Virus record (IMG/VR): IMGVR_UViG_2541047944_000004
Location: 1-49,477 of that record
Source of the DNA: a virus
Lineage: Duplodnaviria; Heunggongvirae; Uroviricota; Caudoviricetes
Length of the DNA stretch: 49,477 nt
Direction: 5' to 3' (one strand)
The notes under the pieces were generated by a model. It was given only the letters and a program-made list of their open reading frames with translations, did not search any database and had not been told where the DNA came from. The position numbers were made by a program, and so were the translations under genes. Positions 38,528 to 48,374 of the stretch are shown piece by piece (the stretch's first letter is position 1; every line of letters starts with the position of its first letter).

Positions 38528-39240
38528 TGTCAAACGCTCAAAAATTACCGTTTATCCGAACGCTGTCGGAGATGATGACCAGTTCTGGTAACCAGCAAGC
38601 CGAGCTTAAAGGTCGTGAATTGCCCTGCCATGTTGTCGGTGTCAGCGGGCAGATAGTGACAGTTCAGTTTGATATGCTGCCGGAGGGGATCAACTTTCCG
38701 CAGATAACAATCCCTGTCGCCACATTCCCGTATATTCGTTACCCGATACAGCCGGGCGATCGAGGAGTAACAATTGCCGCTGATGTATCCCTGCGCGGTG
38801 TGTCCGGATTGGGAACCGGTATGGCGACGCTCTCTTACTCGATGTCGCTCACTCCACTGTTTTTCGTGCCACTGGCAAACAAGGACTGGTCCGACGAAGA
38901 TCCGCAAAAAATCGTTTTGTACGGTCCGGATGGCGCGATCCTCAAAACAGAGGACGGCAGTAGCTCGGTAACGGTGGCACCGGAAGAAATCAGGCAAAAG
39001 TCGAAAGCTGTTTACCTCGAGGCCGAAGATATTTTCCTGAACGGTCAAATTCACCTCAACGGACCGATCGTCCAGGACAAAGCCCAGATGAAGGATACAA
39101 CCGCTTCGCTGATTGGCCCGCTTACTGTGCAAAATGACGCGGTGATAAAAGGTGTCAGTGCCAGCGGCCACAGCCACGATGTGACTGGCGTTCAAAGCGG
39201 CGGCAGCACGATCACGTCGAAGCAACCAAATCCGGGTTAA
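38527..39240 (+). CDS. Baseplate spike-like protein (gpV-like) with HxH motif
   Basis: 237 aa; C-terminal SGHSHDVTG motif reminiscent of spike apex metal-binding HxH. Confidence 0.5.
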   Translation: MSNAQKLPFIRTLSEMMTSSGNQQAELKGRELPCHVVGVSGQIVTVQFDMLPEGINFPQITIPVATFPYIRYPIQPGDRGVTIAADVSLRGVSGLGTGMATLSYSMSLTPLFFVPLANKDWSDEDPQKIVLYGPDGAILKTEDGSSSVTVAPEEIRQKSKAVYLEAEDIFLNGQIHLNGPIVQDKAQMKDTTASLIGPLTVQNDAVIKGVSASGHSHDVTGVQSGGSTITSKQPNPG

Positions 39241-39279
39241 TTCCGGTTCATTTCACTTTAAATTCTATCTCATAAAGCG

Positions 39280-39315
39280 AAAGCCCCGGCTGCTGGAACA
39301 GTTCGGGGCTTTTTG
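39280..39315 (+). terminator. Rho-independent terminator after spike gene
   Basis: AAAGCCCCGGctgctggaacagttCGGGGCTTTTT. Confidence 0.55.
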
Positions 39316-39403
39316 TATCAACAGAACAGTATTTGTAATGGCATGGAGATTACTCATGCAACCAAATTCTAGCGCACCTAAAGATAAATTTGGAGACGAT
39401 TTG

Positions 39404-39553
39404 ATGATTAAGGCTGAGACAACCCCACAAGGGGCTGATAAGGCTGCGAGAATAATCGCAGTATGTCGGGGTATTCGGCATATTCTGACTCCAGTAGCGT
39501 GGATCATTTGCACCGCTCTGGTTACCGGCACCTTAATTTACTTGAAAGGTTGA
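39404..39553 (+). CDS. Small membrane protein (49 aa)
   Basis: GGAGA RBS; C-terminal hydrophobic helix. Confidence 0.35.
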   Translation: MIKAETTPQGADKAARIIAVCRGIRHILTPVAWIICTALVTGTLIYLKG

Positions 39554-39556
39554 CGT

Positions 39557-39904
39557 ATGAGAACATGGGGCCGCGTCACCGACGCGAACGGCAACAAAAA
39601 ATGGGTTGCTGTAGAATCTGACGCCAACGGTGATTTCTCCTACGGCTGGCTGACGACGCTCATTCAGACGTTAAAGCTGGGGTTGGGGGAGTCGCCGTTT
39701 TACGCGAATTACGGTATTCCAGCGCAGCAGTGCATCGTGCAGCAAATTTACCCGGACTACTATGTGAACATGGTTCAGCAACAGTTTGCCGGGTATTTTG
39801 CATCGCTGGCAATTTCAAAGGTAGATGGGGCAGAGAACCCCACCTATAACATCGATGTTGTGTTTTTTAACGGAACCAGTTACCGGACGCAGGTTCCGGT
39901 TTGA
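39557..39904 (+). CDS. Baseplate protein (115 aa)
   Basis: ORF in baseplate cluster. Confidence 0.5.
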   Translation: MRTWGRVTDANGNKKWVAVESDANGDFSYGWLTTLIQTLKLGLGESPFYANYGIPAQQCIVQQIYPDYYVNMVQQQFAGYFASLAISKVDGAENPTYNIDVVFFNGTSYRTQVPV

Positions 39905-40377
39905 GGCAAGTTTTCGGGCATCAGTTGGGCCAGTGGCGTGTTAAGAAGTTCATCGCGTGGCATGACAATCCATCCACTTTTGCGTAGTAAGTGAATTGCC
40001 CATTCTGTGGTTATAACTGAGCCTGATTTATGGTGCTCAATGTGGGTAACCGAGCCGTTTCTGACGCGCATGATGATGTCAACATTCAGAGGGGATTGTG
40101 TGCTGGTGGTATCCTCGCGCAGCTTTTTCTCGCACTCGATGAAGTATCGGCGGATCTGGTGGCCTTTTTCGTTGCGCTCAACCATCGCCAGCTCTTTGGC
40201 GGTGTCCAGGGTTAGGTGGTAGTCTTTAGCTGGTCTGCCTCTACCGATTTTTTCCCGATTTTGGGAAATAATCAAAAAGTCCTGATTTTCTACGAATTCA
40301 TACTCGCTGATTCGCTCGGTGATCCATGTAGCAAAGCGTTTACCTACTTCGAGAAAGGCGTGCATCATAAATATCAC
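39880..40377 (-). CDS. Antirepressor, AntA/AntB-like
   Basis: N-terminal region (ISEYEFVENQDFLIIS...DYHLTLDTAKELAMVERNEKGHQIRRYFIECEKKL) matches recollected AntA antirepressor domain; opposite strand inside tail module. Confidence 0.65.
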   Translation of the reverse strand: MIFMMHAFLEVGKRFATWITERISEYEFVENQDFLIISQNREKIGRGRPAKDYHLTLDTAKELAMVERNEKGHQIRRYFIECEKKLREDTTSTQSPLNVDIIMRVRNGSVTHIEHHKSGSVITTEWAIHLLRKSGWIVMPRDELLNTPLAQLMPENLPQTGTCVR

Positions 40378-40386
40378 TGCCTGATT

Positions 40387-40935
40387 TTACATGTTTTCTT
40401 TACAGGAATTGATTGCAGCCTTATATGCTTCCGGAAGGCCATCTAATGGGAAGAATATTTTTTGTGGTTTTTCTTTACTTTCAGTTGGCGGAGTGTACCA
40501 AAAAGAAAAACTACCTTTCCCTTTAGATTTTAACAAATCACTAATCTTTAATGAGCTAATAGGACTGAACAAGTAACCTTCATTGATAGATGGGGTTGTT
40601 ATAGAGTCCTGCTTTTGTTGTCCACTGATTTTATAGCTTACAGGAAGGAACGGTGGTAAATCCATTTGTTTATATCCAATAAAATGATTGACAGTTACAT
40701 CACCGGGCTCACATTGAGTTAACGGTGATATATCAATAAATAAAGTTGATTTATCCTGCGGCAATTTGGATTCAACACCAATACGATAAGCCATAGTGGT
40801 AGGCATGGTAAACTCAGCATAATACCATTTACCAAATTGTTGAATGTCATTCATTCTCTCTGTGGCATCAATTGCATGAGAAACACCAGAAAATAGCAGT
40901 GAGCTAATCAAAATCCCTAATGAGTTAAATTTCAT
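40387..40935 (-). CDS. Secreted protein with cleavable signal peptide (182 aa), unknown function
   Basis: N-terminal MKFNSLGILISSLLFSGVSHA signal peptide; AT-rich; 9 nt upstream of ant gene on same strand. Confidence 0.6.
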   Translation of the reverse strand: MKFNSLGILISSLLFSGVSHAIDATERMNDIQQFGKWYYAEFTMPTTMAYRIGVESKLPQDKSTLFIDISPLTQCEPGDVTVNHFIGYKQMDLPPFLPVSYKISGQQKQDSITTPSINEGYLFSPISSLKISDLLKSKGKGSFSFWYTPPTESKEKPQKIFFPLDGLPEAYKAAINSCKENM

Positions 40936-40956
40936 AAAATCCTCTTGAGATTAATT

Positions 40957-42183
40957 ATGTCAGAAATACCAATTACTATGACCAGTGCGGGTGCGCAGCC
41001 TACGCCACCCAATGACTTGCTCGCGAATCTTATCACCAGAGTTGCTGAAAAAGTACCTGGATATACAGCCAACCTTCCGGCGGGACTTATTACAGACCTT
41101 GCCAGCACGGCTGTCGGGGCGCTGGCATTAATAGACCAGGCGCGGGTGGATCTTATTAACTCCGTAAGCCCATACGGCGCGAATATTCCGTTACTGATGC
41201 AACTCGGAAACATTTATGGAGCACAGAAGGGATTAAGTACAAATACGGCGGTATACGTGGTGTTTGAGGCGTTGCCGGGGTTTGGTATCCCTAAAGGATT
41301 TGTTGTCGGTGACGGCAACTACCAGTATGCAGTTTCCCGCGATACGGTGGTGCCGGAAAGCGGGCAGACTGAGCCAGTCTACTGTGTGGCCATAACGTCA
41401 GGCTCATGGGCTGTACCGGAAGGAACCGTAACTCAGGTCATTACATCGGTACCCAAAGATCAGCCTGTAAAATGCACGAACCTTACCGCAGGAATGCCAG
41501 GTCAGGAGGCGCAAACGTGGGCATCTTACCGCGCCGAAGTCATGGAGTCTGGCATGTTTGGTGTGCAGGGAACACCGGATTGCTTTAAAGCGATGCTCAA
41601 ATCAGTAAGCGGTGTGCGCGAAAACCTGATTTCTTTCCGGCAGTCGTCGCTGGGGAAATGGGTTGCGGTTGTTGGTGGCGGTGATCCGTATGACGTGGCT
41701 TATGCGATTTACAAATCTGTACCGGATATTTCGAAACTGACCAACGATGTAAGCAATCCATCCGGTGCGGCAGTGGAAAAACGCACGGTTTCAATAACCG
41801 TTTCGCCGGACGTTTATCAGGTGCCGTTCGTTATCCCGTCATCACAAAACGTCATGGTGCTAATCACCTGGAACACGGTGTCTGATGATTATGTTGACCC
41901 GGCGGGTATTGCTATGGCTGTGCAGAAAAACGTTGCTGATTACATCAATTCTATTGAAGTCGGTCACCCGATAAATCTGCTGCGAATCCAGGATATTTTT
42001 ACCAGCTCCGTAAAATTGCTGGTTGATGCGACGTTGATCTCAACAATCAGTGTGAGCATTGGTATTAACGGTCATATTGTTCTTCCGGCAAAAGACACAA
42101 GCCTGGTTTATGGCGATACCTATTCCTATTTTTCGACGGTGGCATCACAGGTTCAGGTCAATAAGTATGCAATATCTGACTGA
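40957..42183 (+). CDS. Baseplate J-like protein
   Basis: About 400-aa protein followed by overlapping I-like gene and tail fiber. Confidence 0.65.
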   Translation: MSEIPITMTSAGAQPTPPNDLLANLITRVAEKVPGYTANLPAGLITDLASTAVGALALIDQARVDLINSVSPYGANIPLLMQLGNIYGAQKGLSTNTAVYVVFEALPGFGIPKGFVVGDGNYQYAVSRDTVVPESGQTEPVYCVAITSGSWAVPEGTVTQVITSVPKDQPVKCTNLTAGMPGQEAQTWASYRAEVMESGMFGVQGTPDCFKAMLKSVSGVRENLISFRQSSLGKWVAVVGGGDPYDVAYAIYKSVPDISKLTNDVSNPSGAAVEKRTVSITVSPDVYQVPFVIPSSQNVMVLITWNTVSDDYVDPAGIAMAVQKNVADYINSIEVGHPINLLRIQDIFTSSVKLLVDATLISTISVSIGINGHIVLPAKDTSLVYGDTYSYFSTVASQVQVNKYAISD

Positions 42184-42793
42184 GAAAATACTTCCTGCTT
42201 ATCCGTTTGTGCAGTACAGAGATGATCCGAATGTTGTTGCGTTCTTTGAAGCATACAATGAAATTGCTCAGGAATACCTCGATTCGCTCAACAATCTGGC
42301 ATTGCCATGCTGGACATCGGAATCAATAACCGGGCAGTTGCTGGACTGGATAGCACTTGGTATTTACGGTGTTGAAAGACCTTTACTACAGGTTTCAGAG
42401 GAGGCTATTGCGCGCGGTGCATACGATACCATTGAATACAATACGATCCCGTATGCCGCAATGCGGAATTACGTTCCGGGGCAGGCATCGTATGTACCTG
42501 ATGATTATTTCAAACGAATATTAACGTGGAATTTTTATAAGGCTGACGGTTCGCATTTCTGCATTGACTGGTTAAAGCGACGTGTGGCGCGGTTCATTCA
42601 TGGAAAAAACGGAATAGACCCGCCGTTGCAGCACACTTTTGATGTGAGTGTGACAGTATCGGACAGCGTTTTTTCTATTCAGATACCAGAGTATGGCGAT
42701 GGTATAGGCTATTTTCTGAAAGATGCCATTGACCAGAAATATGTAAAACTCCCTTTTATTTATTCCTATGCAACAACGGTGATTCAAAAATGA
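42167..42793 (+). CDS. Tail protein I-like baseplate component
   Basis: Overlaps J-like gene; ATGA overlap with tail fiber gene. Confidence 0.5.
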   Translation: MQYLTEKILPAYPFVQYRDDPNVVAFFEAYNEIAQEYLDSLNNLALPCWTSESITGQLLDWIALGIYGVERPLLQVSEEAIARGAYDTIEYNTIPYAAMRNYVPGQASYVPDDYFKRILTWNFYKADGSHFCIDWLKRRVARFIHGKNGIDPPLQHTFDVSVTVSDSVFSIQIPEYGDGIGYFLKDAIDQKYVKLPFIYSYATTVIQK

Positions 42794-44343
42794 TTCTTGG
42801 ATTCGGCAATAACGTTGTTTCAGCACTGGCTGGTGATATTACGACGATTCAGACTGATATTCCGGTGATGCCGGGCACGGGAGCTAAATTTGCAAAATTG
42901 CTTTCTGCCGATTTTGAAAATAAATCGAACGGGCAACGCGTCTATGCGAAAATTACGCTTACCGATAATAAAGAGTCTGCATTTGAGATTTGTCACCTGG
43001 TATCGGTAAGCGGTGATGTGCTGAAAGTCATTCGTGGGCAGGAAGGAACGACCGCGAAAGGTTGGTCCCTTAATGACGTTGTGGCTAACTTTGCCACGCG
43101 TGGATCTGAAAACTATTTCGTACAGATAGCGCAGCTTCAGAGCGGTCATTATATTGCGGGTGTTGCTGGCGGCACTGCAAATGCACTGACGCTGGAGCTT
43201 CCCGCGACGTTTTTTGTTAATGGGGGCTCAGATTGGACGCTACGAACCCCGATTATCGTTTTCCCCGTTCAGAACAATACCAACGCCGCAACGCTTCAAT
43301 TGACACTGGGCGGAAAGGTTCTTGGTACGTTCCCACTTTATAAGGGGAACAAGTCCGAGCTGGTAGCGAATGATATCATTAAGGGTATTCCTTTGATTTG
43401 CCTTCTTGATAGCGAGAAAAGCTATTTCAGCGTGATAAACCCCGGCAATATCTATTCAGATTTTGATCTGCGATATGTAAAAAAAGCTGGTGATTTGATG
43501 ACCGGGGAACTGAAAATCCGTGGTGTTAATGCACTGAGGATTTTCAACGACGCTTTTGGTCTGATTTTTCGTCGTTCGGAAGAGTGCCTGCACCTTATCC
43601 CTACCAGTGAAGGTCAGGGCGAGAATGGCGATATTGGTCCACTTCGACCGTTCACTATTAATCTGCGGACGGGTGAAATATCCATGTCGCATAAAGTGTC
43701 TGTTGGCGGCGGCTCTCAGGTCAATGGTGCGTTGGGTATCGGCGTTCAGAACGCGCTGGGCGGAAACTCAATTGCTTTCGGGGATAACGATACAGGTATA
43801 AAACAAAACGGCGACGGCATTCTGGATGTTTATGCGAATGGACAGCATGTATTTCGTTTCCAGAATGGTGTGGCGATAGCGTTAAAAAATATTCAGGCCG
43901 GAGATGCTAAAAAATTCACGTTATCCAGCGCCAACAACTCCACGAAAAACGCAACGTTTAATTTATGGGGCAATTCATCCCGACCTGTAGTTGCAGAGCT
44001 TGGTGATGATTCCGGCTGGCATTTTTACAGCCAGAGAAATACCGATGGCAGTATCACATTCGCTGTAAACGGACAGATGACCCCATCAAACTATGGAAAT
44101 TTCGATGCCCGTTATCAGCAGCGAAATGGTGGCGTGCAGGATGTGCGTTATGGTTCCGAAATGTATTACAACCCGGGAGGTAACCAGGTATCCTGGACAT
44201 TTCGCTCACCTTCAGGCCACGGGTTATCCGGTATTAATGTGCAGGAAACCGGAAGTAATTCGGCAGATAACATCGGCGGCGTGTATTACCGTCCGCTTCA
44301 GAAACTGATTAATGGCACCTGGTATAACGTGGCGAGTGTTTAA
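42790..44343 (+). CDS. Tail fiber protein
   Basis: Conserved motif DLRYVKKAGDLMTGEL typical of caudoviral tail fibers; Gly/Asn-rich C-terminus. Confidence 0.8.
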   Translation: MILGFGNNVVSALAGDITTIQTDIPVMPGTGAKFAKLLSADFENKSNGQRVYAKITLTDNKESAFEICHLVSVSGDVLKVIRGQEGTTAKGWSLNDVVANFATRGSENYFVQIAQLQSGHYIAGVAGGTANALTLELPATFFVNGGSDWTLRTPIIVFPVQNNTNAATLQLTLGGKVLGTFPLYKGNKSELVANDIIKGIPLICLLDSEKSYFSVINPGNIYSDFDLRYVKKAGDLMTGELKIRGVNALRIFNDAFGLIFRRSEECLHLIPTSEGQGENGDIGPLRPFTINLRTGEISMSHKVSVGGGSQVNGALGIGVQNALGGNSIAFGDNDTGIKQNGDGILDVYANGQHVFRFQNGVAIALKNIQAGDAKKFTLSSANNSTKNATFNLWGNSSRPVVAELGDDSGWHFYSQRNTDGSITFAVNGQMTPSNYGNFDARYQQRNGGVQDVRYGSEMYYNPGGNQVSWTFRSPSGHGLSGINVQETGSNSADNIGGVYYRPLQKLINGTWYNVASV

Positions 44344-44345
44344 CA

Positions 44346-44891
44346 ATGTTGCATTTAAAAAATATTACTGCGGGTAACCCGAAAACCGCGGAACAATATC
44401 AGCTGACAAAACAATATGGTATCACCTGGCTTTTTTCGGAAGACGGCAAAAACTGGTATGAAGAACAGAAGAACTTTGCCAGTGACACCATAAAAATGGT
44501 TTACACCGGAGACGGGCGCGTGGTGTGGGTCGGTAAGGATGTGACAGGCATTGAACCCCGTAACGCCAGTGTTATTGAAGTTCCTGATATTACTGCTAAC
44601 CGCCGTATTACCGTGCCTGGTTACTGGTTTTACCGCGACGATAAATTTGTCTTCGACTACAAACTTAAAGCGGAAGATGAGCGCGATGCCCTGTTAAAAC
44701 AGGTCAGCATCATGACCAGCGAATGGGAAAAAGACCTGCTGCTGGGATTAATCAGTGACGAATACAGGGAGAAGCTGAAAGCGTACCGCATTTACGCGAA
44801 ATCGCTGCAGGCGATGGATTTCAACACCATCACTGATAAAACCTCATATAACGCTATTGAATGGCCCGCCTCTCCGGAAACCTCTTACTGA
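44346..44891 (+). CDS. Tail fiber assembly protein
   Basis: 181 aa immediately after tail fiber gene. Confidence 0.65.
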   Translation: MLHLKNITAGNPKTAEQYQLTKQYGITWLFSEDGKNWYEEQKNFASDTIKMVYTGDGRVVWVGKDVTGIEPRNASVIEVPDITANRRITVPGYWFYRDDKFVFDYKLKAEDERDALLKQVSIMTSEWEKDLLLGLISDEYREKLKAYRIYAKSLQAMDFNTITDKTSYNAIEWPASPETSY

Positions 44892-44914
44892 TTTAATTTA
44901 TTGCGAGAAAAACT

Positions 44915-46879
44915 ATGTCTGTAGTGATATCAGGTGCGCTGATTGATGGCGCAGGCATCCCCATGTCCGGATGCCACATAATTCTGAAATCCCGGGTAAA
45001 CACCTCAGAGGTGGTGATGCGCACAGTTGCCGACGTGGTGACAGGAAACTGTGGCGAGTACTGTTTTAAGGCGCAGACCGGAAAATATTGCGTATATCTG
45101 AAACAGGACTGGCGCGACGAGTACTGTGTTGGCGACATTTCGGTTTACGACGACTCTAGGCCCGGCACACTGAACGACTTTCTGACCGCCCTCGATGAAG
45201 GCGATTTAAAACCGGATGTAGTGAAACGCTTTGAGGAAATGGTGGCGCAGGCGCAGCAGAGCGCGGAAGCGGCAGCGGAAAGCGAGCGACAGGCCGGGCA
45301 ACATGTCGCTGATGCGCAACAAATTAAGAGCGACTGCCAGACGCTGGCGGATAACGTACAGCAGAATGCGGAATCCGTTGCCGAAGATAAAAAGCAGGTG
45401 GCACAACTGGCATCATCTGCCACACAGGATGCGGCCCGCGCAGAGCAGGCTGTCAAGGATGCTGACGCGATAGTCCAGAAAGCGGTCGATAAACTTGCTG
45501 ATGCCGCAACGCTGACTGGCGAGGCAAAAGCCAGCGCCGAAGCGGCAGCAAAAAGCGAACAGAACGCGAAACAGCACAGGGACGAGGCGCAACGGATAGT
45601 CGATGACCTGAAAGGAACCAGCGCCAGCACGACGCAAAAAGGCCTGGTGCAACTCTGTAGTGACACGGACAACGACAGCGAGGAACTGGCAGCCACACCA
45701 AAGGCTGTCAAAACCGTCATGGACGAGACGAAAACAAAAGCGCCACTGGACAGCCCGGCATTCACCGGCACGCCCACCACACCAACCCCACCGGACGATG
45801 CTGCCGGTCTGGAAACAGCGAACGCGGCATTTGTCCGCAAACTGCTCGCTGCACTGGTTGACTCGTCACCGGAAGCCCTGGACACACTGAACGAGCTGGC
45901 AGCGGCGCTGGGTAATGACCCGAACTTTGCGACGACAATCACAAACGCGCTGGCAGGCAAACAGCCGCTTAATGACGTGTTAACGGCTGTCAGCCAGATA
46001 ACACCGGAAGAAAACACACTGCTTTATTTCAGTGCAGAGGGCCGGATTTTACTGGCGCAGCTGTCAGAAAAAGCCCGCGCATTACTGGCGCTGGACACGT
46101 CTGAGGCCATGCGCACGGAGCTTGAACTGAAAGCGGCTGCGACAATGGAACCCCAGAGCGATATCCGCGACCGCACACCGGGCAGGCTGGCACTGTCCGG
46201 CATGTACGGATTCGGTCAGGCATTCACCAGTGCTGACGCTCAGGCATTTAACGGACAGGCCGATTTTGCTGAATGGCTGAAAGAGGCCACCCCGGGGCGT
46301 TATGCGGTCAGTATTGCGGACTCTTCCACACTACTGGTGGGTACCACGAAATTTAACGGCATCATTGATGTGATGTGGTCCCCCTTTGATAACGACGAAT
46401 CAGACGCAATACGCAAATTCAAAACGCTGCTGTGTTTTAACCAGTATTACGAAGGTGAGCACAGTATTCATCGCCTGACTTATCGCTGGAGTGGAAACAA
46501 CTGGAATGCAACAGTAAGCCCTGTCATTTACGACGGCGATTCGCTGGCCTTCCTGCTGTCCCGGACGGCGGGCAACGGCTCGTCCTCATATTACAAATAT
46601 CCGGCAGTTGGCTCTCTTATTCTCGCGGTCTATCAGGGAACAGCGGCAGGAGATAAGGAAATAAAAATTGGCCTTGGGGATGTAGTGGCGGGGTCGCGAC
46701 TTGGTCCTGTGGCTATCGACTGTGCAATTAATAATTCCGGGACATATGTTTCCACACCTTCAGTAAAGGCGGGTGGTGCTGGGGCATTCAGTTTTCCCGG
46801 TCGTTATCAGGCCCTGTCAGGTTATCGTGGAACGTATGGCGACAGAGGCTTTATCTGTTTGTTCGTGCGCATTGAGTAA
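44915..46879 (+). CDS. Side tail fiber protein (Stf-like) with prophage tail-fibre N-terminal domain
   Basis: N-terminus MSVVISGALIDGAGIPMSGC...; repeats TQKGLVQL/AATPKAVK/PLDSPAFTG/ANAAFVRK typical of lambda-like Stf. Confidence 0.8.
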   Translation: MSVVISGALIDGAGIPMSGCHIILKSRVNTSEVVMRTVADVVTGNCGEYCFKAQTGKYCVYLKQDWRDEYCVGDISVYDDSRPGTLNDFLTALDEGDLKPDVVKRFEEMVAQAQQSAEAAAESERQAGQHVADAQQIKSDCQTLADNVQQNAESVAEDKKQVAQLASSATQDAARAEQAVKDADAIVQKAVDKLADAATLTGEAKASAEAAAKSEQNAKQHRDEAQRIVDDLKGTSASTTQKGLVQLCSDTDNDSEELAATPKAVKTVMDETKTKAPLDSPAFTGTPTTPTPPDDAAGLETANAAFVRKLLAALVDSSPEALDTLNELAAALGNDPNFATTITNALAGKQPLNDVLTAVSQITPEENTLLYFSAEGRILLAQLSEKARALLALDTSEAMRTELELKAAATMEPQSDIRDRTPGRLALSGMYGFGQAFTSADAQAFNGQADFAEWLKEATPGRYAVSIADSSTLLVGTTKFNGIIDVMWSPFDNDESDAIRKFKTLLCFNQYYEGEHSIHRLTYRWSGNNWNATVSPVIYDGDSLAFLLSRTAGNGSSSYYKYPAVGSLILAVYQGTAAGDKEIKIGLGDVVAGSRLGPVAIDCAINNSGTYVSTPSVKAGGAGAFSFPGRYQALSGYRGTYGDRGFICLFVRIE

Positions 46880-46893
46880 CAAGGAGATAGAAC

Positions 46894-47466
46894 ATGAAAA
46901 TCAGAGCGGTAAAGGGCATCAGAAACGCGCATTATCTCGAAAATGGTGCGGTTGACTGCGAGGTGTTATTTGAAGGTGAAACGGAATTCGTCCCGTATAC
47001 CGCCATGCAGGACGATACCGCACCGACAGGCCAGCGCATCTGGGAAGAGTTACAGAGCGGCAAATGGGGCGAAATTGCCCCGTTCACCGTCACGCCGGAA
47101 CTTATCGCAGTGGCAAAGGATGCCAGAAAGCGGGAAATCGAGGCATGGCGTACAGAACAGGAAGCACAGCCGTTCACGTTTGAATGGAACGGTCGCACCT
47201 GGAACGCTGGCCCCGATTCAATAGCCAGGCTGTCTCCGGTGGTAATGGCTGCAAAATCTGACACAGCGCGAAAAACCATGGTATGGGGCGATGCGGAAAA
47301 CCAGCAGGTGAAACTGTCAATGCCGGAACTGGAAGAACTGGCAGCAGCAATGGCGCAGGCTGTTGTTGAACGCAATGACGAGATTTATCGCCGTCAGCGA
47401 GAGAAGAAAGAAGCGTTAGACACTCTGGAGGATTTAGATGCGATACGAGCATTTAATGTTGAGTAA
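46894..47466 (+). CDS. Putative tail fiber assembly/chaperone protein (190 aa)
   Basis: AAGGAG RBS; immediately downstream of Stf-like gene. Confidence 0.5.
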   Translation: MKIRAVKGIRNAHYLENGAVDCEVLFEGETEFVPYTAMQDDTAPTGQRIWEELQSGKWGEIAPFTVTPELIAVAKDARKREIEAWRTEQEAQPFTFEWNGRTWNAGPDSIARLSPVVMAAKSDTARKTMVWGDAENQQVKLSMPELEELAAAMAQAVVERNDEIYRRQREKKEALDTLEDLDAIRAFNVE

Positions 47467-47642
47467 CGAATAGGTCGCAGTGAGTTGTTCTGGTATCTGA
47501 AGAATGAGGCTCCGGTTGCTGGCTGCAGTCGGAGGTTTATGATGTGTACTCTCACATTGTTGAAGAAATCAATTGCGCAATTGGAGAGCAGGAACGTAAG
47601 AAAACAAGAGAAAGTCTACAATCGCTTGTAGGGTGTCACTTC

Positions 47643-47672
47643 TTGATTTTTGCATAAATTTTATGATAAAAT
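47643..47672 (+). promoter_or_regulatory. Sigma70-like promoter (TTGATT, 18-nt spacer, TAAAAT) for terminal two-gene unit
   Basis: Seen directly about 30 nt upstream of the ATG at 47703. Confidence 0.45.
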
Positions 47673-47702
47673 CATGAAGTAAAAGTGATGGGAGAAACTT
47701 TC

Positions 47703-48374
47703 ATGAATATGCCTCATTGTGTTCTGCATACAGGAATTGATTCGGATTTTGTACTTAGTAAACTGGGCTTTACAGAAAATGATATTCGCGATGCGTTAAT
47801 GTCTGCTTTATACGAGCGACGCAAATCCAGTAAGCTCCACCCTAAAGTGGATGCTGGATTCCGCTTTTGGAGTGAGATGGTTGCCGCGCTTCGCCGTATT
47901 CTGATTGGTAAGGGTAACGGCTGGTCTTCTGAAGTAGTCAATCGCATGGAAATGGTCGTTAATTCAAGCAAAGGGGTTAATCTGATTATTACCTCAGGTG
48001 ACGGACATACCGGGCGTCCTGATGGATTGCCTAAAACCAAAAATGCAAAGGGAGAGGCAACTCGCTCGATTGTTCACAACAATCCGGGTACATTCGATAT
48101 GTTCCAAGCAGATACCTTACATTCAGGCAAAGCTGAGATCACGCCGATAGATAGCACCCGAACTTATATCGTTCTGTATTATTATGATGCGGCAAATAAA
48201 GAAATTCGCTGTGAGGTGTCGTATCCGGTAGGGATGGTGAATCAGGACGGATTTGCCAGAGTAAGCGCGTGGAGTGAGCGAATTATTTTAGCTCCTCTGC
48301 AATTTGAAGGTGCGGATATTTTCCCTGAACAGGATTTTGATGATGACATATCAATTTCAGTTGAAAGCAAATGA
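47703..48374 (+). CDS. Hypothetical protein (223 aa), partner of HTH-ImmA/IrrE gene (candidate toxin/effector)
   Basis: GGGAGA RBS; no recognised motif; stop overlaps downstream start (ATGA). Confidence 0.6.
   Translation: MNMPHCVLHTGIDSDFVLSKLGFTENDIRDALMSALYERRKSSKLHPKVDAGFRFWSEMVAALRRILIGKGNGWSSEVVNRMEMVVNSSKGVNLIITSGDGHTGRPDGLPKTKNAKGEATRSIVHNNPGTFDMFQADTLHSGKAEITPIDSTRTYIVLYYYDAANKEIRCEVSYPVGMVNQDGFARVSAWSERIILAPLQFEGADIFPEQDFDDDISISVESK

Noticed and set aside
38545-39225. 226-aa minus-strand ORF across the baseplate spike gene
   Set aside because: Antisense to a gene embedded in a tightly coupled plus-strand operon; Arg/His-rich translation unlike a real protein.
40936-41000. LexA box upstream of the secreted-protein/ant operon
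   Set aside because: Scanned by eye for CTGT-N8-ACAG on both strands and did not find one; a motif search would be needed to be sure.
45145-46017. 290-aa minus-strand ORF rich in Ala/Ser inside the Stf-like side tail fibre gene
   Set aside because: Antisense to a well-supported tail fibre gene; low-complexity translation typical of GC-rich repeat coding DNA read on the wrong strand.
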